This document shows, piece by piece, positions 40,681 to 54,939 of a DNA stretch of 64,000 nucleotides. Position numbers and translations under genes: made by a program. The notes below the pieces were generated by a model. The model saw nothing but the letters and a program-made list of their open reading frames with translations. It searched no databases and was not told the origin of the DNA. The stretch's first letter is position 1. Every line of letters starts with the position of its first letter. The stretch comes from Gnetum montanum (taxonomy: Eukaryota; Plantae; Gnetophyta): NCBI GenBank assembly GCA_015680685.1, contig MNCI01000808.1:28340-92339 (forward strand), in the 5' to 3' direction.

Positions 40681-42249
40681 TTGATGATACTCATGAATAT
40701 CCAATAATACCATAATATGCTCAAACATTCATAATATCCTTCCAAATACATGAAATGTGAAAGAAAGAATGATCTAATACATTTCTATAAAATGTCATAA
40801 CCATCCCAAAGGAAGAAAGAATAATTCTAGAAAATAAATATGCATAATATCCAAAATTAACATTAAACATCAAAGGATCTCCTTGTTCCACCTAGTCCTT
40901 GTGATCTATAAATAAGGGAGGGAGTCAATATACACTGAGTGAGAAATCTTGGCATCTCTCTAGCTAAATTGAGGGAAATTTTCATGATGTCTAGGTAAAG
41001 GCATGCTAGATCATAAGACAAGTTAGCACATATGAATAATTAAAACATCAAGATCACACATCATACATTGATTCAAACATCATATTAATCTAACCAAATA
41101 GAATTGTCCACTCCCCTCATCAACCTACAAACAAGAAGGCTAACACATAACACATTCAACTTCAAGTGTGTGAACTTTTATCATGTGTACTTATGCAAAT
41201 TTCCAAACCCAATGCTAAATTACCATACCCATGGATTTATTATTAGTCTTAAACTAAAGTACTGTGCTAGAGGCATAACCCATGACTTACCTCTAATGTT
41301 CTAAAGAAATCAAACAAAAGGACCAATGAGCCATGAATCACCCTCTTGTATAGGATAAGGCCTATAATAAAAGTCACACTAATACATCTATTGAAGAAGG
41401 CTCATGACCCAACTCTAAAGTAGACATAACCTAGTTCTTAAGTAGTCTAGTTAACTTATTTTAGGTGGCTTTTGGTCTCTATTTTCATCAAGGTATGAAT
41501 ACATCCAAATAGCTTGTGCTAGTTTAAATAAGCTAATTATGGCTAAATCTATATTAATAAAATACTACAAAGAAAGTAAGTTTTTGTCTTATAACTATTG
41601 GCTACCTCTTTTAGCTTTTCCTCAACATAAAAATGAAAATTAATAGCTTTCTATGTACTTTGCTTTAAATTCTACATAGCTAAGACAATGAACAAAAGAG
41701 TTTTATAGACATTGTCATTCTCTAATTTTGATCTATCCACTAGCAAACATCCCAAAACTAGATTTCACAAAAATTTTGCTAAACTAAGCAAGAATATGAG
41801 ATGGAAAAATTATTCAAAAAACTCAAAATTGTGCAAGAGATGACATCAATTCCACGTTAAACTAATTTAGAATTGAAATTTATAAAATCAATCACATTCA
41901 ACTAGAGTAACAAGAATAAGTTAAACCTTAGCTTCTAGGAAAAAATAACTTATTCCAAAACCTATCATTCACTTAAATATACCTATGCATAATTAAGATA
42001 AATAAGTAAAGAAAGCTATCTAATTTTAATACAAAATAAGAGAAGAGCTAAAAAAGATAAGTAGAATTTGTTTAGAAAATTATTATAGAAATAATTTTTA
42101 CAAGATTTGCCAAAAAATGTTCCTTCTCCCTTTTTTTACAAATCTGCTTAAAGATTTATATAGTAGCTTTTGGTACTTACAGTAGCTTTAAAAATTATTC
42201 TTTAATCAATTTCATATTCTCTTTATAAAATTACAAGCCACTAGATAGC

Positions 42250-44680
42250 AGCACAAATTCCTAATAAGCTTTCATTATTTTTTGAATCTAAAGCCCTTAT
42301 ATCAATAACTACTAAGCTAACTTCCCATTATTAAGTAGAACTTTCATAGCTTGATTTAATATAGCTAACTCAATATTGTCAAGTTTCTTAATAACATATT
42401 TAGATCCTAATCACATTGGTGCCTAAATTGATTAATGAATCAATTACCTCATTGAATGTAACTCTTGTGGTTGAACAAGTTTGTTCCAAATTCAACTTCT
42501 TTTGAGTAGTCTTTTTCATTATCCTTACAACTACTATTACCATGTTATCCAAAAATATTTTTTTTATTGATGCAATACCTATCTTTTCTTCATAACTATT
42601 CTAACCAATTCCTAAGCTCTTTGTTCCATCTGAAAAATAGCTTGATTTTTCTTTACCTCTTTGATTTCAACTCAAGTCTCTTGTATCCATTCCTTATTAT
42701 AGCCAACTTAGTAATGAACTCTTGAGAATTTGGTTGTAGCAAGAATAATCTAGAGCTTTATCCTTAAGGGTCTACTCTAATTCATAGCTCATAATAGCTA
42801 GCTTTCCCTCCAACTATATCATAGCCTGATCTTTATTTTCCAATAGTGATTCTTTAATAGTAATCATAGCTTTGAGTTGCTTATTTTCAACTTTGAAGCT
42901 CTTTAACTCTTTCTTAATCCAGCTATTTCCTACTTATTCTACATCAAAAATTCTTTAAACTTAATAATTGATCATCAACTACTTGTCCCATATATTTAAT
43001 TAAAACTACTATAGTATCTAATGTATTTTGATGGAACATTACTAGCTTTTGACCTCTAGTTTGAGGATCATCTTCTTTATACGAAAAGATTGCACTTGCT
43101 TTAGTTTTTGGCTTGGTATAAAGCTTTTGGCTAAGAATGATCCTTCCTTCTTTATCCTTGACTTTGAAGGATCAAGCTTCTTCTTTTATTAAGTAGTGTG
43201 AGAGGAAGTTCAAAGTTGTTAAAGCTAATGATGAACTCTACCTTTTCTTCTATTGTCACTGTTATAGCTCTTGTATTCTTTGTTCTTCCAGTAGCTCCTA
43301 TTGTTGCTATTACTACTGCTATTACTACTTGAGAAGCTCTTATTGTTATTTTCCTTTATTAGCCTTTATTCTTTCAATCCTTATTTTTCTAGCTACCTTT
43401 ACCCTTACATATTAACCTTCATTTGGTGGGAATCTTTCATTACGCATTGCTTCTTCTAGATCTTTTAGCTTCCATGAGAAATAATTTTCTTTCATTAGAG
43501 CTAAATATTCATCAAAAAAATCTCTAGCCAAAGGATGATCTCTACTTTCTATTCATCTACAAACTCCAATAACCGGTTGATCACAAGCAAAGACTAGGAG
43601 CTTCATAAACAAACTTCTTTTCAACTATTCTAGTGCTTCTTCCTTGGCTTGATTGACCTCTTTATCTGTAGCTCTTTGATAGATCATGTTTGTCTCATCT
43701 AGCTAATGAACCTTGTGATTTTTGATAGTTAAATATATTCTCTTTGAAGCTATAGGAAAATATCCTTGTCTTTTAAATCTTTTAGCGATGCCTTTGAGAT
43801 GAACTACATTACTAAATTTCCAAAACTCAAATTTCAAAAGAAATACTTCCTTATGCCTATAAGCATGTCTTTATGGGCTCTTCCACATTTGTCTTCTCAC
43901 TTCTAAAGTTGCAAGATATAGAGCTACAAACCTTGGAAGCTTAAAAGCCTATTTCTCAAACCTTGCTATGAAAATATAAGTATAATAGACATGTAGAAAA
44001 ATAGTTCCATGGTATTTGCTTCTTATTTCATTAACAATTTGTTGATCTATCTATGATGGAAAGGCTCCTAAAATGAACTTAAATAAATGGGAATATACAT
44101 AGTTCATTAAATATTCTAAGGCTTAAGCATCAAAATAGCTCTTCTAGTATATGACTAGAAAAAACATATCATGAATCTTCAGGTTGAGCTTTATGTTGTG
44201 ATGCATAGCTAATAAAAATTAGGGTTGTTCTTTTAGGTACAAGAATTTCACTTAATAAAAAAATTTATTAGAATGAGCTTAAATTCAATTAAGGAACCTA
44301 TTCCTGAATCTCTAGTGAGCTATTTTGTAACACATCATTCAGATATTTTATAAGGAAGAAATTTTTCTCCTTTTCTAAAGCTACGTAGGCCCAAACATAA
44401 TAATCAACAACTAGAGTTATTTTACATCTCAAATAAAAATTTAAAGATGAAATTAACATTTTGTGCAAGAACCTAAGCTATGTGGCCTTAGAAATAGCAT
44501 TCTGATATCCCCAAGCTTTTCAAGATTTGCCAATGAGAGCTTGAAGACTTTGCCTATTTCTAGATGAGTCCAAAACATGCCACTAAGCAACTTCTCATTA
44601 TACTTATTAGCTTCTACTTCTGTTATGTTGGGCTCCATAAGACCATAGAGCTCATACACCTTCCTAACACTAATGTCAAT
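42250..44680 (-). pseudogene. Degenerate retroelement accessory ORF, K/E-rich coiled-coil, truncated by Tat insertion
   Basis: Purine-rich coding-like minus strand with fragments such as SIDISVRKVYELYGL; many stops; family unassigned. Confidence 0.5.
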
Positions 44681-46584
44681 TGAAACACCACCAATTTTAG
44701 GCTTTTGCAATTCAATGGAAAAATTTTCTAAGTGTTAAAACTTGGCAAATTTTTTCTAAGTTTGGTATTACACTCTCCAGCGTAGCCAATGTAGCACACC
44801 TTGAGGCCTATGTTGCAAGGTTTTTCTAAGTGTCAGCAACAATCCCATGAAAATTTTTCTAAGTGTCCTACTACACTCTCAATCTACTTTCTATGCTCCC
44901 CAGTGTAGCACACACTTCCATGGCCAGTTTACCCAAGTGTCAAGCTAGAAGTGGTCAAGGATTTCTTGGGATGGATGAAATAGTTTGGAAAGTTTTCAAT
45001 CTCCTAAGTTGTCATGCTTGCTATGCTTCCCATCATATCTAGCTTGACACATGTCCCAGTAGCCAATTCACCCAAGTACTAGGCTTAGAGGTCGTCAAAA
45101 GTGCTCAGAATGGCAAAAATAGTTTGGCAAATTTTCTATCTTTTTGGCTATCACGCTCTGCTACATTCCATAGCATAGAAGGCGTGACATAGGTTCAAGT
45201 GCCCAATTTTTCCTAAGTGTTGGACAAGGATCTATCAAGTTAACTCGACATGGAAGACACATTTGGCACATTTCCTAACTTTTGAGGTTGCTTATCTTGC
45301 TACTCCCCAGAATGTAGCCAGCATACCATGAAGGAAGACTATAGATTTCATCAAAATTTGGCTAAGTGTCCCTACTACGCTCCCCAGTGTACCTAGTGTA
45401 ACGAATGTGAAAAATCAAAATTTTGCAAATTTTCACTCAGTGTTGTGTTACAGTCTAGAGCGTAGCCAGCTTGACACTAGAAAAAAGCCTCCAACAACCT
45501 CCAAAAGCCTCTAAAACTTAGCATCAGCCTTCATTCCAACTCCAACATCTCTCTAGCAACCAAGATTAGCAGTTTGCATTTCTTTTGCATCCCCCATTAG
45601 TCCATAAAATTGTCCTTACACTTGACCCTACTTGAAAGAGGGGAAGACATAGTCTCGGAGTGTAGCCTCCAAGTTGCATTATCTTTGCATTGTTTGTAGC
45701 TACATTGTAATCTCTCAGACTCTAACACATGCAGCCCAGGAAATGTAGTCATAGTTCAAAAGTCTCTGAAAACCTGTTGCTATCTTTCAAGGCATAACAC
45801 TTTGCTACTCTCATGAGAGCATAACATGTCAGTGTAACCCCATATATGCTCATGCCACATGGTGCCTGATGTGCATTTCATGCTAAACCTAGCCCTATAA
45901 ATACCTCAATGTCTAGCAGTCTAGGGGTTGGCAAATTAAAAGAGCATTGGGTATTTTAGCTATCTGAGCATCCCTGACACTCTCGCATCTGAGCATCCAA
46001 GCTTCACACCTTGGTGCCTCCCAGAACACACTCCACCATTGCACTTGCAAAAATTTGATGATAGCTAACCTAGCAGGTTCAGCCTCTATTGCAGCCACTA
46101 GCCCTATGTTTTAGACATCCTAGAGATTGTGACTACACTGTTACGCTACCACTGTGCTTGCCTAAATCTATGTACCACTCTCATCTCTTGTCTAGCAAAA
46201 GTTACGCCCCTCATTTTGGGGTGGTGCATTTCCTTGTCCTTAAGCTATGTTCCATTTCTTTTCTAAGAATTTTTCTTTAATATTAAGCATAATTTTCACA
46301 TTTTTTCATTGTTTGATACACACTTGCACATTCATGTCACTATTTTTGGGTCAGGGCTCTCTACCACGCTCTAGCTTAGCCAATCCCGATGTCCATGTGT
46401 AACGCAATATAAACCCTTCTTACACATGGTCATTCTAACACCATGTAAGTCCATATCTAATTGACTAGACCATTTGAGGCACCTCATTTTTGTCTTCTAA
46501 CATGGCCCTCACATGGAGTTGGGGTTAGGCTATACACCCATTGACCTCTTGGTGTTCTAGCCACTAACCTTTTCAAATGTCATA
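44681..46584 (+). repeat. 5' LTR (~1.9 kb)
   Basis: Starts TGAAACACC, TATAAATA at ~45896, ends TGTCATA before PBS; collinear with 31866-33519. Confidence 0.85.
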
Positions 46585-46589
46585 GTTTT

Positions 46590-46606
46590 TGGCGCTAGAA
46601 GAAGGG
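46590..46606 (+). promoter_or_regulatory. Primer-binding site, tRNA-Asn type
   Basis: TGGCGCTAGAAGAAGGG, one mismatch from the complement of plant tRNA-Asn 3' end (CCCTCCTTCTAGCGCCA). Confidence 0.8.
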
Positions 46607-47039
46607 CCTCCCATTCCTTCTATGTTCAAGGGTAGTCCCACGTGCTATTTGCACCTCCATCACTAATGGCAAGCTAGCATAGTCATAACACCCCTATGGA
46701 CCTACCATGGTAGTAGCTACATCATAGGCCAATGCAAATTTTTTTGCATTTCAGTTGGTGTAGATTGGTCCCAGTTGTTGATTCCCTTAGAACCCTGTAG
46801 GATGAAAAGCCCAACTATGTCCATCATGTTAAGCTCTAAGTGCTTTGGAAAGCATAACATTCCCTCATATCATAATAAGTGTAATGCCAAAGTTAGTCAC
46901 TTTTTCACAGCATTTCTAGAGTTAGTCATTTTTGGCCTATTTTCATAGTTTGCATACTTGGCCATTTTTTTCTTTAACGTTTTCTACACTTGAACATTTT
47001 TGTCAACACCTTCTTTTCTTACATTTTTCTACACAGTAA

Positions 47040-50000
47040 CATGAATCCCATCAACACTTCAACCTCTACCTTGAGCATGGAGGTAGTTCATCTTGTTCAA
47101 TAAGTGGAAGGCATTGAGCAACCACTTAGCCATGTACAACCACAATGGCAGTCACTCAGACTGTGTAAACAATCACCTAAATATAGGGCGTTGGACAATG
47201 AAAGATATAACTTCCTTTATGTAAAGCTTCAGGCGAACTTGTCCTTAGACTACCAAGAAATAGAAGCGAAGTGAAATTTTGAAATCATTCACTAAAATGG
47301 GAAGGAGTTCCTCCCTACCCTAGACACATTCATCCCACTCACCAACATCTTTAGGTGGCTACTAGAACAACTCATTAGGGTAAATGGGCCAAAAGAGTAA
47401 GATGTCACATCGAACTATGACGAGCCCCTACAAGATGGGTAGGATGAGTTTCAGTCTTGTTCAGATAGTGGTGTCCCATCCTACGCTTCCATTTAACATC
47501 TTGACTCTACTTTTGTTCTACACTTGTCACAGTCATCTATCTTCCTTGAGGCAACGGCATCACTTCTACCATCCAAGTCCATGCCTATGATATTTAGCCA
47601 CCAATTGCTACATGCACAACAAAGTGCAGCATCCTCTACCACTCTCCTATTTGTCATATCTTCCCAGTCTATGCAACCTTCCCTATCAGCATATGAGATG
47701 CCAACACTGCCATATGTGCACACGATGTGTTTCATGTGTCCTTCATCCCAGCCATCTGAGTAGCACCGTTGACAACATCCCAAGCCACAACCACATGGTG
47801 GGCTATGACCTCTATGCCTACGACATATCTATCACACATTTAGCAATACATGCAACTACCAACTCAACAAGTGTCCCATCTAGTAGCACAACCCACAACA
47901 GAGCTATGGGTCGCTCCAATAGCACCACTAGCAGCACAACCAGTGCAACCCATCACAGCATCCCTGAGTTTGGACCAAGCATTCCAACTCATTCAAACTC
48001 TCACAAAGGAGGTTAGGTGACTCAAAATGGCCAACTTAGAAATAGTTCATATGATGGACTTCTATCAAGATGACCCCATCAATCCTGCGGTCCCACTACT
48101 AACACTAGCTCCTAGAGTCCAACTTCCTCAATTCAAAAAATATAATGGTGATTGGTACCATGTGCTCCCTAGAGCTTCCATATCAACTTTAGAGGAGCTG
48201 CTAAGCCAATTTGTAACTCTCTTCAAGTATAACTTGAAGCCTGAAGGCACCTTAGACCAGCTAATGAACATCAAGCAAGGGGCACTAAAGCCAACACAAA
48301 AATTTATACAACGTTGAAGTGCTTCCCTCAATGAAATTTATGAGCTGATAGCAAAACCTCACCTTATAACTATCTTTAAGGATGTAGTAAATGACTTTAT
48401 CAAGTCAAAACTATACTACTTAGCCTCACGTTCTCTTAGCAAAGATTTTGCTCAAACAAAGAGCATACAAGATGTAGCAGAAGCCAGTAAGGACCCAGCC
48501 TATATGGCTTATAAAAATGCACATACAAAAAAGGACAAAAAAAAATGGAAGCGATAGCAACTATTGCAACTATGGCCAATGAAGCCAAACCCATTAACAC
48601 TAAGCCAATGACCAAGGCACCTAAGGCCCCAGCCAACAACAACAAGGCATCAAGTTCTAGCACTACAAGAATCAACCAACCTAAACAATTAGTGGCCATA
48701 GGGCGAGCTTCCCAAAGGCCAAACTTTGAGTACAAGGATCGCTCAAAGTACACCCCCTTGCCCATTAAGTTACCTAAGCTCTTAGATCAGTTGCTTGGTG
48801 CTGGCCACATCCTACACAAACAGATGTCTGAGGATACATGAAAATTCCATGAGAGGTACTATGAGGTCCTCAAAAACCCTTCTACAGTTATGCAAAATGA
48901 GCCTCTAGTCCCTAAAAACTTTACATTAAATCGGTTCTACAACTACCACAAGTTGCATGGCCATGACATAGATTACTACTTGGCATTGAATGATGACATT
49001 CAATGCATGATTAATCAAGGAAAACTAGTCCTTGATGAAAGTAATCCTGTACAACCAAAAAACCAATCAATGAAGGTCTACAAAGATCCCCTTAATGCCA
49101 GTGATGCAAGTTACATCATCAATGCTATTAGCGTTGATGACAACGCAAAACTGGCACATGAACCATTTGTAGTTTGTGTGCCCTTTGGTGATGTTTGGGC
49201 CTTAATGTCAACTAGAATACAGTCCCCTTTCATCGGCAAACCACCATCTCAAGTGTCCATGACATCCTTAGTTGTTAGGGCCCTACAACATGTTGTGGCA
49301 ATGGCAACCCAGACACCTTATATCATTAGGATGCTAAGACATGCAAACCCCCTACCTACTCAGAGTCCAGTGGTGGGAATTGCTTCACAACCTACCTGTC
49401 CAAAATCATACCCTAAGAGACATTATGAGCATCTAGCTAACAAGATGATTAGGAAATGCATGAAGCTAGGTCCTCCTAAGCCCACTCCCTTGTCAGGTAT
49501 CCCCATGGCCTCATCATCTCAGACTACTAACACAAATGCAAACAGTCGACAAACAAGTGCTAAGGCTCAAAAACCTACCACACAACCAAAGGTTAAATTT
49601 CCTCCCCCAAATATTTTTCTCTTAGGACACATGGATTAGGTAAAAGCCACCAAAACAATAGATGGTGGAAAATATTTCTTGGATATGCTAGCACAAGTTA
49701 AATAGGCTCTAAAACAAAAAAACACACAACTTTGAGCCTATACGACTTCATTATGACCTCTTCTACTCATCATGAGGCTTTGGTTCATATGCTAACATCT
49801 ATTCCAATTAAGGAAGATGTTCTAGTAGATGAAAAGACCATTCACACTATAAAGTTTCCACCCACAACTCAAGGATCAAGGTCAACACACTTGACATTTC
49901 ATGATGAGGCAATCAAGGTTGATCCTGAAAAGGGTCATCTAACTAGTGTGTCCATGTTTATAATGATTCATGTAGGCCAATTTAAAATTTAAAAGATGCA

Positions 50001-50600
50001 TGTCAATGATAGGGCAACAACCAATGTCATCCCATTCCCCATTATTGACAAGCTTGGCTTGGTTGACCAGATCAAGCCAACAACAACAACATGCTTGAAA
50101 TCCTTTAATGGAGCAAATGTGGTTGTAAAAGGGATAGTCACAATAGATTTTGTGATGGGGGAGCAATTCCTCACTAATGTTGAATTCATTATGATTGAAG
50201 AAATGCCCGAATTCAACCTGATTCTAGGGAGGTCTTGGCTAGCCCAACTACGAGCCATTTCTTCATCTATTCACCAAGAGATCCACTTGCCCTATGAGGG
50301 TGGAGAGGTGGTGATTTTTGGTGATAATGTAGGCCCTCCAACCATCAACAACATAGATATAGAACAATGGTTGGAAGTAAAGTTCTCTGAAGATGCATCA
50401 CCTGTTAAAGGTAAAAGTCAATATTATTCAACTGATTTTAAACAACTAAGCAAAATGAGAAACCTCCCTGAAGGAGCTCTCTAGGAAAAATTTTCCTTCT
50501 CTACAAAAAACGAAGGTCTAGGAGAATACCATCTTGTGACTCCTAGGCCCTATGCACCTCCTAACCCCCATTGAGTCTAAAAACACTTACATGACTAAGG
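47040..50600 (+). pseudogene. gag: Gag and protease of Tat element
   Basis: LPQFKKYNG, LMNIKQG, FYNYHKLHGHDIDYY (decayed CxYHxxxGHxxxxC), MHVNDRATTNVIP (cf. VDNGA), FNLILGRSWL. Confidence 0.85.
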
Positions 50601-50739
50601 CATGTCCTTAGTTCACCTACATGTTTCACTTGCCCTTTGTCCTTTGCCTGTACAGTTACAATTGTATTATTGTTTACATCCTACATTAGCTATTTCATTT
50701 CTTTACAAAAGAAAACACACACACAAAAAGGACGACCTA

Positions 50740-50995
50740 GAAAGGCCTTAAACTATCACATGGCCTACTAAGGCCTAAAACTAGGAACCAACTCCCTTTT
50801 ACATGACAACTCGAAATGTCCTTAAACTAGCAACAACCCAAAATGGCCTTAAACTAGCAATGGCCTAGAAAGGCCTTAAACTATCACATGTCCTACAAAG
50901 GCCTAAAATTAGCAACCAACTCCATTTTGCACAATGGCCCAAAATGGCCTTAAACTAGTGATGGCCCTTCCGCCATGTCCTTAAACTAGCATGGG
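50740..50995 (+). repeat. Array with core GGCCTTAAACTAGCA
   Basis: About 8 units; core related to post-pol array. Confidence 0.85.
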
Positions 50996-53900
50996 GCCCA
51001 TAAGGGGCCTAATTGTATCAATCAAATCACAAATCAAAGATACAATAACATTACATAAAATACAAAAAAATGACAAGCAAATAATCATCACATTTCCATT
51101 AAATTATCAATGAGATATATTGTTCAAGTTTACATCCAAAACATGAAATATCCAAACGCACAAAATTTCCTAATAGTAGGACTACATTTTGGGCATTCCA
51201 GCTTGCAGTGTGCGATGGGGGCTAGGGCTCTTCCTCTTCCTCTTCATCTACTACTTTGCTAGGTCCTACGCCATCACTTGGAACCTACATTATATAAAAT
51301 TAATCAATAAATTAGCCAAAAAATGAGGTGACATATGACATTATAATAAAGTAACTAAAAATAATGCAAACTAAACCAACCTGAGAAGGACCTGCACCCA
51401 TGATTGAGGGCATCCTGTCAAAGCCAACCTCTAAGCATCGAAGGAGTTTGTCCTATGATAACCATGTCTAGTCCTCATCACCAAGGTTAATACTCGCAAG
51501 GGTTTTCCCTTTTTCTATAGCCATCCATGAGGGTGGCCCCAGTGAAAACCTTGCAGAGGTAACCTCTCTGAAAGGTCTAGAAATCTATCTCTCTCGGGTT
51601 CCACTTACCACTACATTGCTTTTGAATAGTTCATAAGCTTATGGTGTTCCAATTGTGTCAAGAAATATCTCTTAGCATTGATGCTCCACAAGCTCACCTC
51701 CGTACTTTTTACAGTACGCAACGCATTCTTGCTTGTAGTGGTGCTTGTGATTATTTTAAGTCTAGCCCCACTCCAGTCTTGATTTTTTCTTACTAAGAGG
51801 TCCATCTGTAGTTATTGCTCAATCACCTTGTGGATGGCTTCATTCTTGCCCCAAACAACTAACCAATACCTAGCATAATTAATTTTTTCCATGCACTAGT
51901 TGTCGTCTGGTTTGTCACATGCCACTAGGAAGTCATAGCAAGATTGCAATCCTCCAATTTTGCCTCCTGCTTGCCTCCTTTTCCTACATCTCCTACACCC
52001 ATTTCCATAGGTGCTCATTAATGTATCTACACTCCCACAAGGCTCTTTCAAAGTATAGTGTGCATTTTCTTGCCTTGTCATACACGTGACGAGGCACTTG
52101 CTCCATCTCAAGGGGAAACTCAAGCACAGCATCAACTTGGACTACCCTATTTGGGTCCCATTTAAGCTACAAACCTATCATTACATAATAGACAAGATAA
52201 TGTTAGCCATAAACCAAATAAGAAAATTAGTAAAAAATAAAAAAATATATAATAAAATAGACATACCAATCTCAGGGTTCATTTGTTTTATACGATCTAT
52301 CATATCATCCACCATGCCTTTCATGAAGGCAAACTTATCCAAAGCCTCCATCCACAGTTGCATACAGAAGGTGGATGTGGATGTAGGACATTCGATGGAA
52401 ACACTAGCAACTACAACATAACACACTTTGTGATTATCAGGCCTCCAACAGCCAAGGAGAGAATAAAAACAAAAAGTAAAAAAAAATGATGGTGGTGCAA
52501 AGCTCCTACCCAACAAGCCCTTAGGTGTGAGAGCGAGGGGATCACCCATTTGCACACCATCAAAGAAATTCTCAAATTCACACCCTTCAAACTACAACTC
52601 TTCTTGTTTGAGTTGCCTTAGCACTTCGATAGCTTCACAATCTTCTTCATCTATCATTTGTCCCTTAGGTTGAGGGACATCATCCTCTACAGGCTTCACT
52701 ACCATTGCAAGGGTCCTCTTTCCTAACATCACACAAGTTAGAGTTAGAGTTGTCAATAATAAGTATAATGTAGCATGACACATTATGGTAGTATCCAACA
52801 ATGCATACTTACTTGCAATTCTTGAGTGCACATTGTGAAGCTTAAATCGCAACTTTTTGTCATCCTCCTCCACTTCACATGCAAGCTCCTCCGCAAGGCA
52901 TGGCTTCTAAATCTTTATTTTTGACAATCTCACTATCTCAGCAATGAGTCATGTCCCTTTCACTGCATTTCCAATGTTGGTTGGCAGGGCCTCCCTAGCA
53001 CTATTGCCTATGCAATAGGATCATCCCACATTGCCTATAGTTGTTACCAAAAACTACTCACCAATCGCCTCCGAAGGATCCTATGACCGTGTGGTGTTAA
53101 ACAGGTGACAAATCCATGGCCTATAAATTTGATGGTGATCTTGCACCATCCACCACCCATTCTCACAAATCACCAAAAACTCCACAAACCTTCTTAGGCA
53201 TGCTACGAAGAAAGTGAAGTGCACGTGAGATCCTGCTTAGAGGTTGTGGTGCAGCCTAATAATTTCAGCACATAGACCACCGACAAGGTGAGAGGCCCAG
53301 TTGTATCATGTTTCTTCCTCTATTACATCCCTCATTACCCAAGCTTACTCAACCCTGAGAATCTTTCCTTGGAAAAGTGGCTTAGGGAATGTATGAGCCT
53401 AGAAGGCTAGGTAGAGGTGATGGATCATGGGTACTTTCACCTCCTTAACTGGTATTCCTTTACGAACCTTGGAAGTGCCTGACCACTCCTCAACATTCCC
53501 TTTGTAGTCTAGGTCTTTGTTGGTCTTTTTTGCAACTGGTAGGTCCTTAGAGGGGATGTCGAAGACGTCTGCAAAGAATTTTTTTGTAATTTCAAAGGTT
53601 ACCCACACATTGTGGACCTGTGTGCTAAAGCGATCAACATTAATAGTAAAGGAGTCAATCATGGAAATCATTTTGGCCACAAGGATACTTGGGCTAATGG
53701 CCAAGAAAAGGTCCATGAGCCCAGCCCACTAAAGATTCCTTGTTGTCTCCACTGGGGCCTCATAGCACAACCAGCCTTGTGAACTCTCAACATCACCATA
53801 TTTAAAGATGAGAGTGACCTTAGCGCAACTAGTGGCAACCATCATGACTTCTCCTGACTTAATCGCAATTACAATAAGTGAAGGTAAAATTAGTAACATG

Positions 53901-54939
53901 AGAAAAAATATAAAGTGAAAGTGCATAAAAATGAGCAACACACAACTTACGTGGCACAAATGATGTGCAGGATAGTAGTAGTACGGCTAAAACTTCGTCC
54001 ATGCTTGGTATGTTGGTTGCCCACTCAATGTCCAACCAACCAAAAGCCCAACACCTCTCGTAAGACTTAGAATATCTATGAGGGAGTTCCACTAAGTCTG
54101 CCTTGATCTGCCCAATCATTACTACAAGAACATTCTCAAAAGATGAGAATTTCTATAGGGTAGTTTGAATAAAGTTTAACACCCCCTCTTCAACATGGAG
54201 GCCATCTACATCAATGGTAAACCTGGTAATAGATGTGAAAAATTAGTATCTTAAGTCATAATCTAATAGGTAGTACAAGAAATCATAAGGGGAATCACCC
54301 TTCAGCACAATACACTATCCCAAGTGGGTTCTAAAAATGAGTGTGTAGCCGTCGAGTGATGAATAAAGTGCTTTTCTTGTTATAGCACTAAAATTCAGGC
54401 ATTCCCCAAATCCTAGACAAAAGCCTAAGGCCCTTGTGGTCCCAACCTAAGCTTCTTGCTCCTTCATCACTAGCAAGCTCATTAGATATGAACCTTAAAA
54501 TGCCTCAGTTCACCCCGGGCAACAATGTTTCTATTATGACGCCTACTGCTTTGGTCGCCAAGTGTGACCATATAATCACCCTAAAGTGGTGGAGCAAAAA
54601 TTCTAAGAATTCTTGCACACTTGACCTAAACCATACTGCCTAGTGACCCACACGCGTGTCTAGTGAAAGAACATTTGGCACAGGCTCACTCATGCAACAC
54701 AAAATGCCCTCCAGCTCAACTATGACAAGCACGGGTTTCAACAATACCCTACAATGCCATAATAACAATAAAAGGAGAGTGTTGATACTAAATAAAAAAA
54801 TGTGTAAAATTACATTTAAGATACTTCCACAAGGCCCGATTAGAAAGGGACATTAGCATACCCATTTGACGTGCCTAGTCCCAGACAAGGTACAACACCA
54901 ACATTTATGTTGTATCAAGAAAAAACATTTCCACTAACT

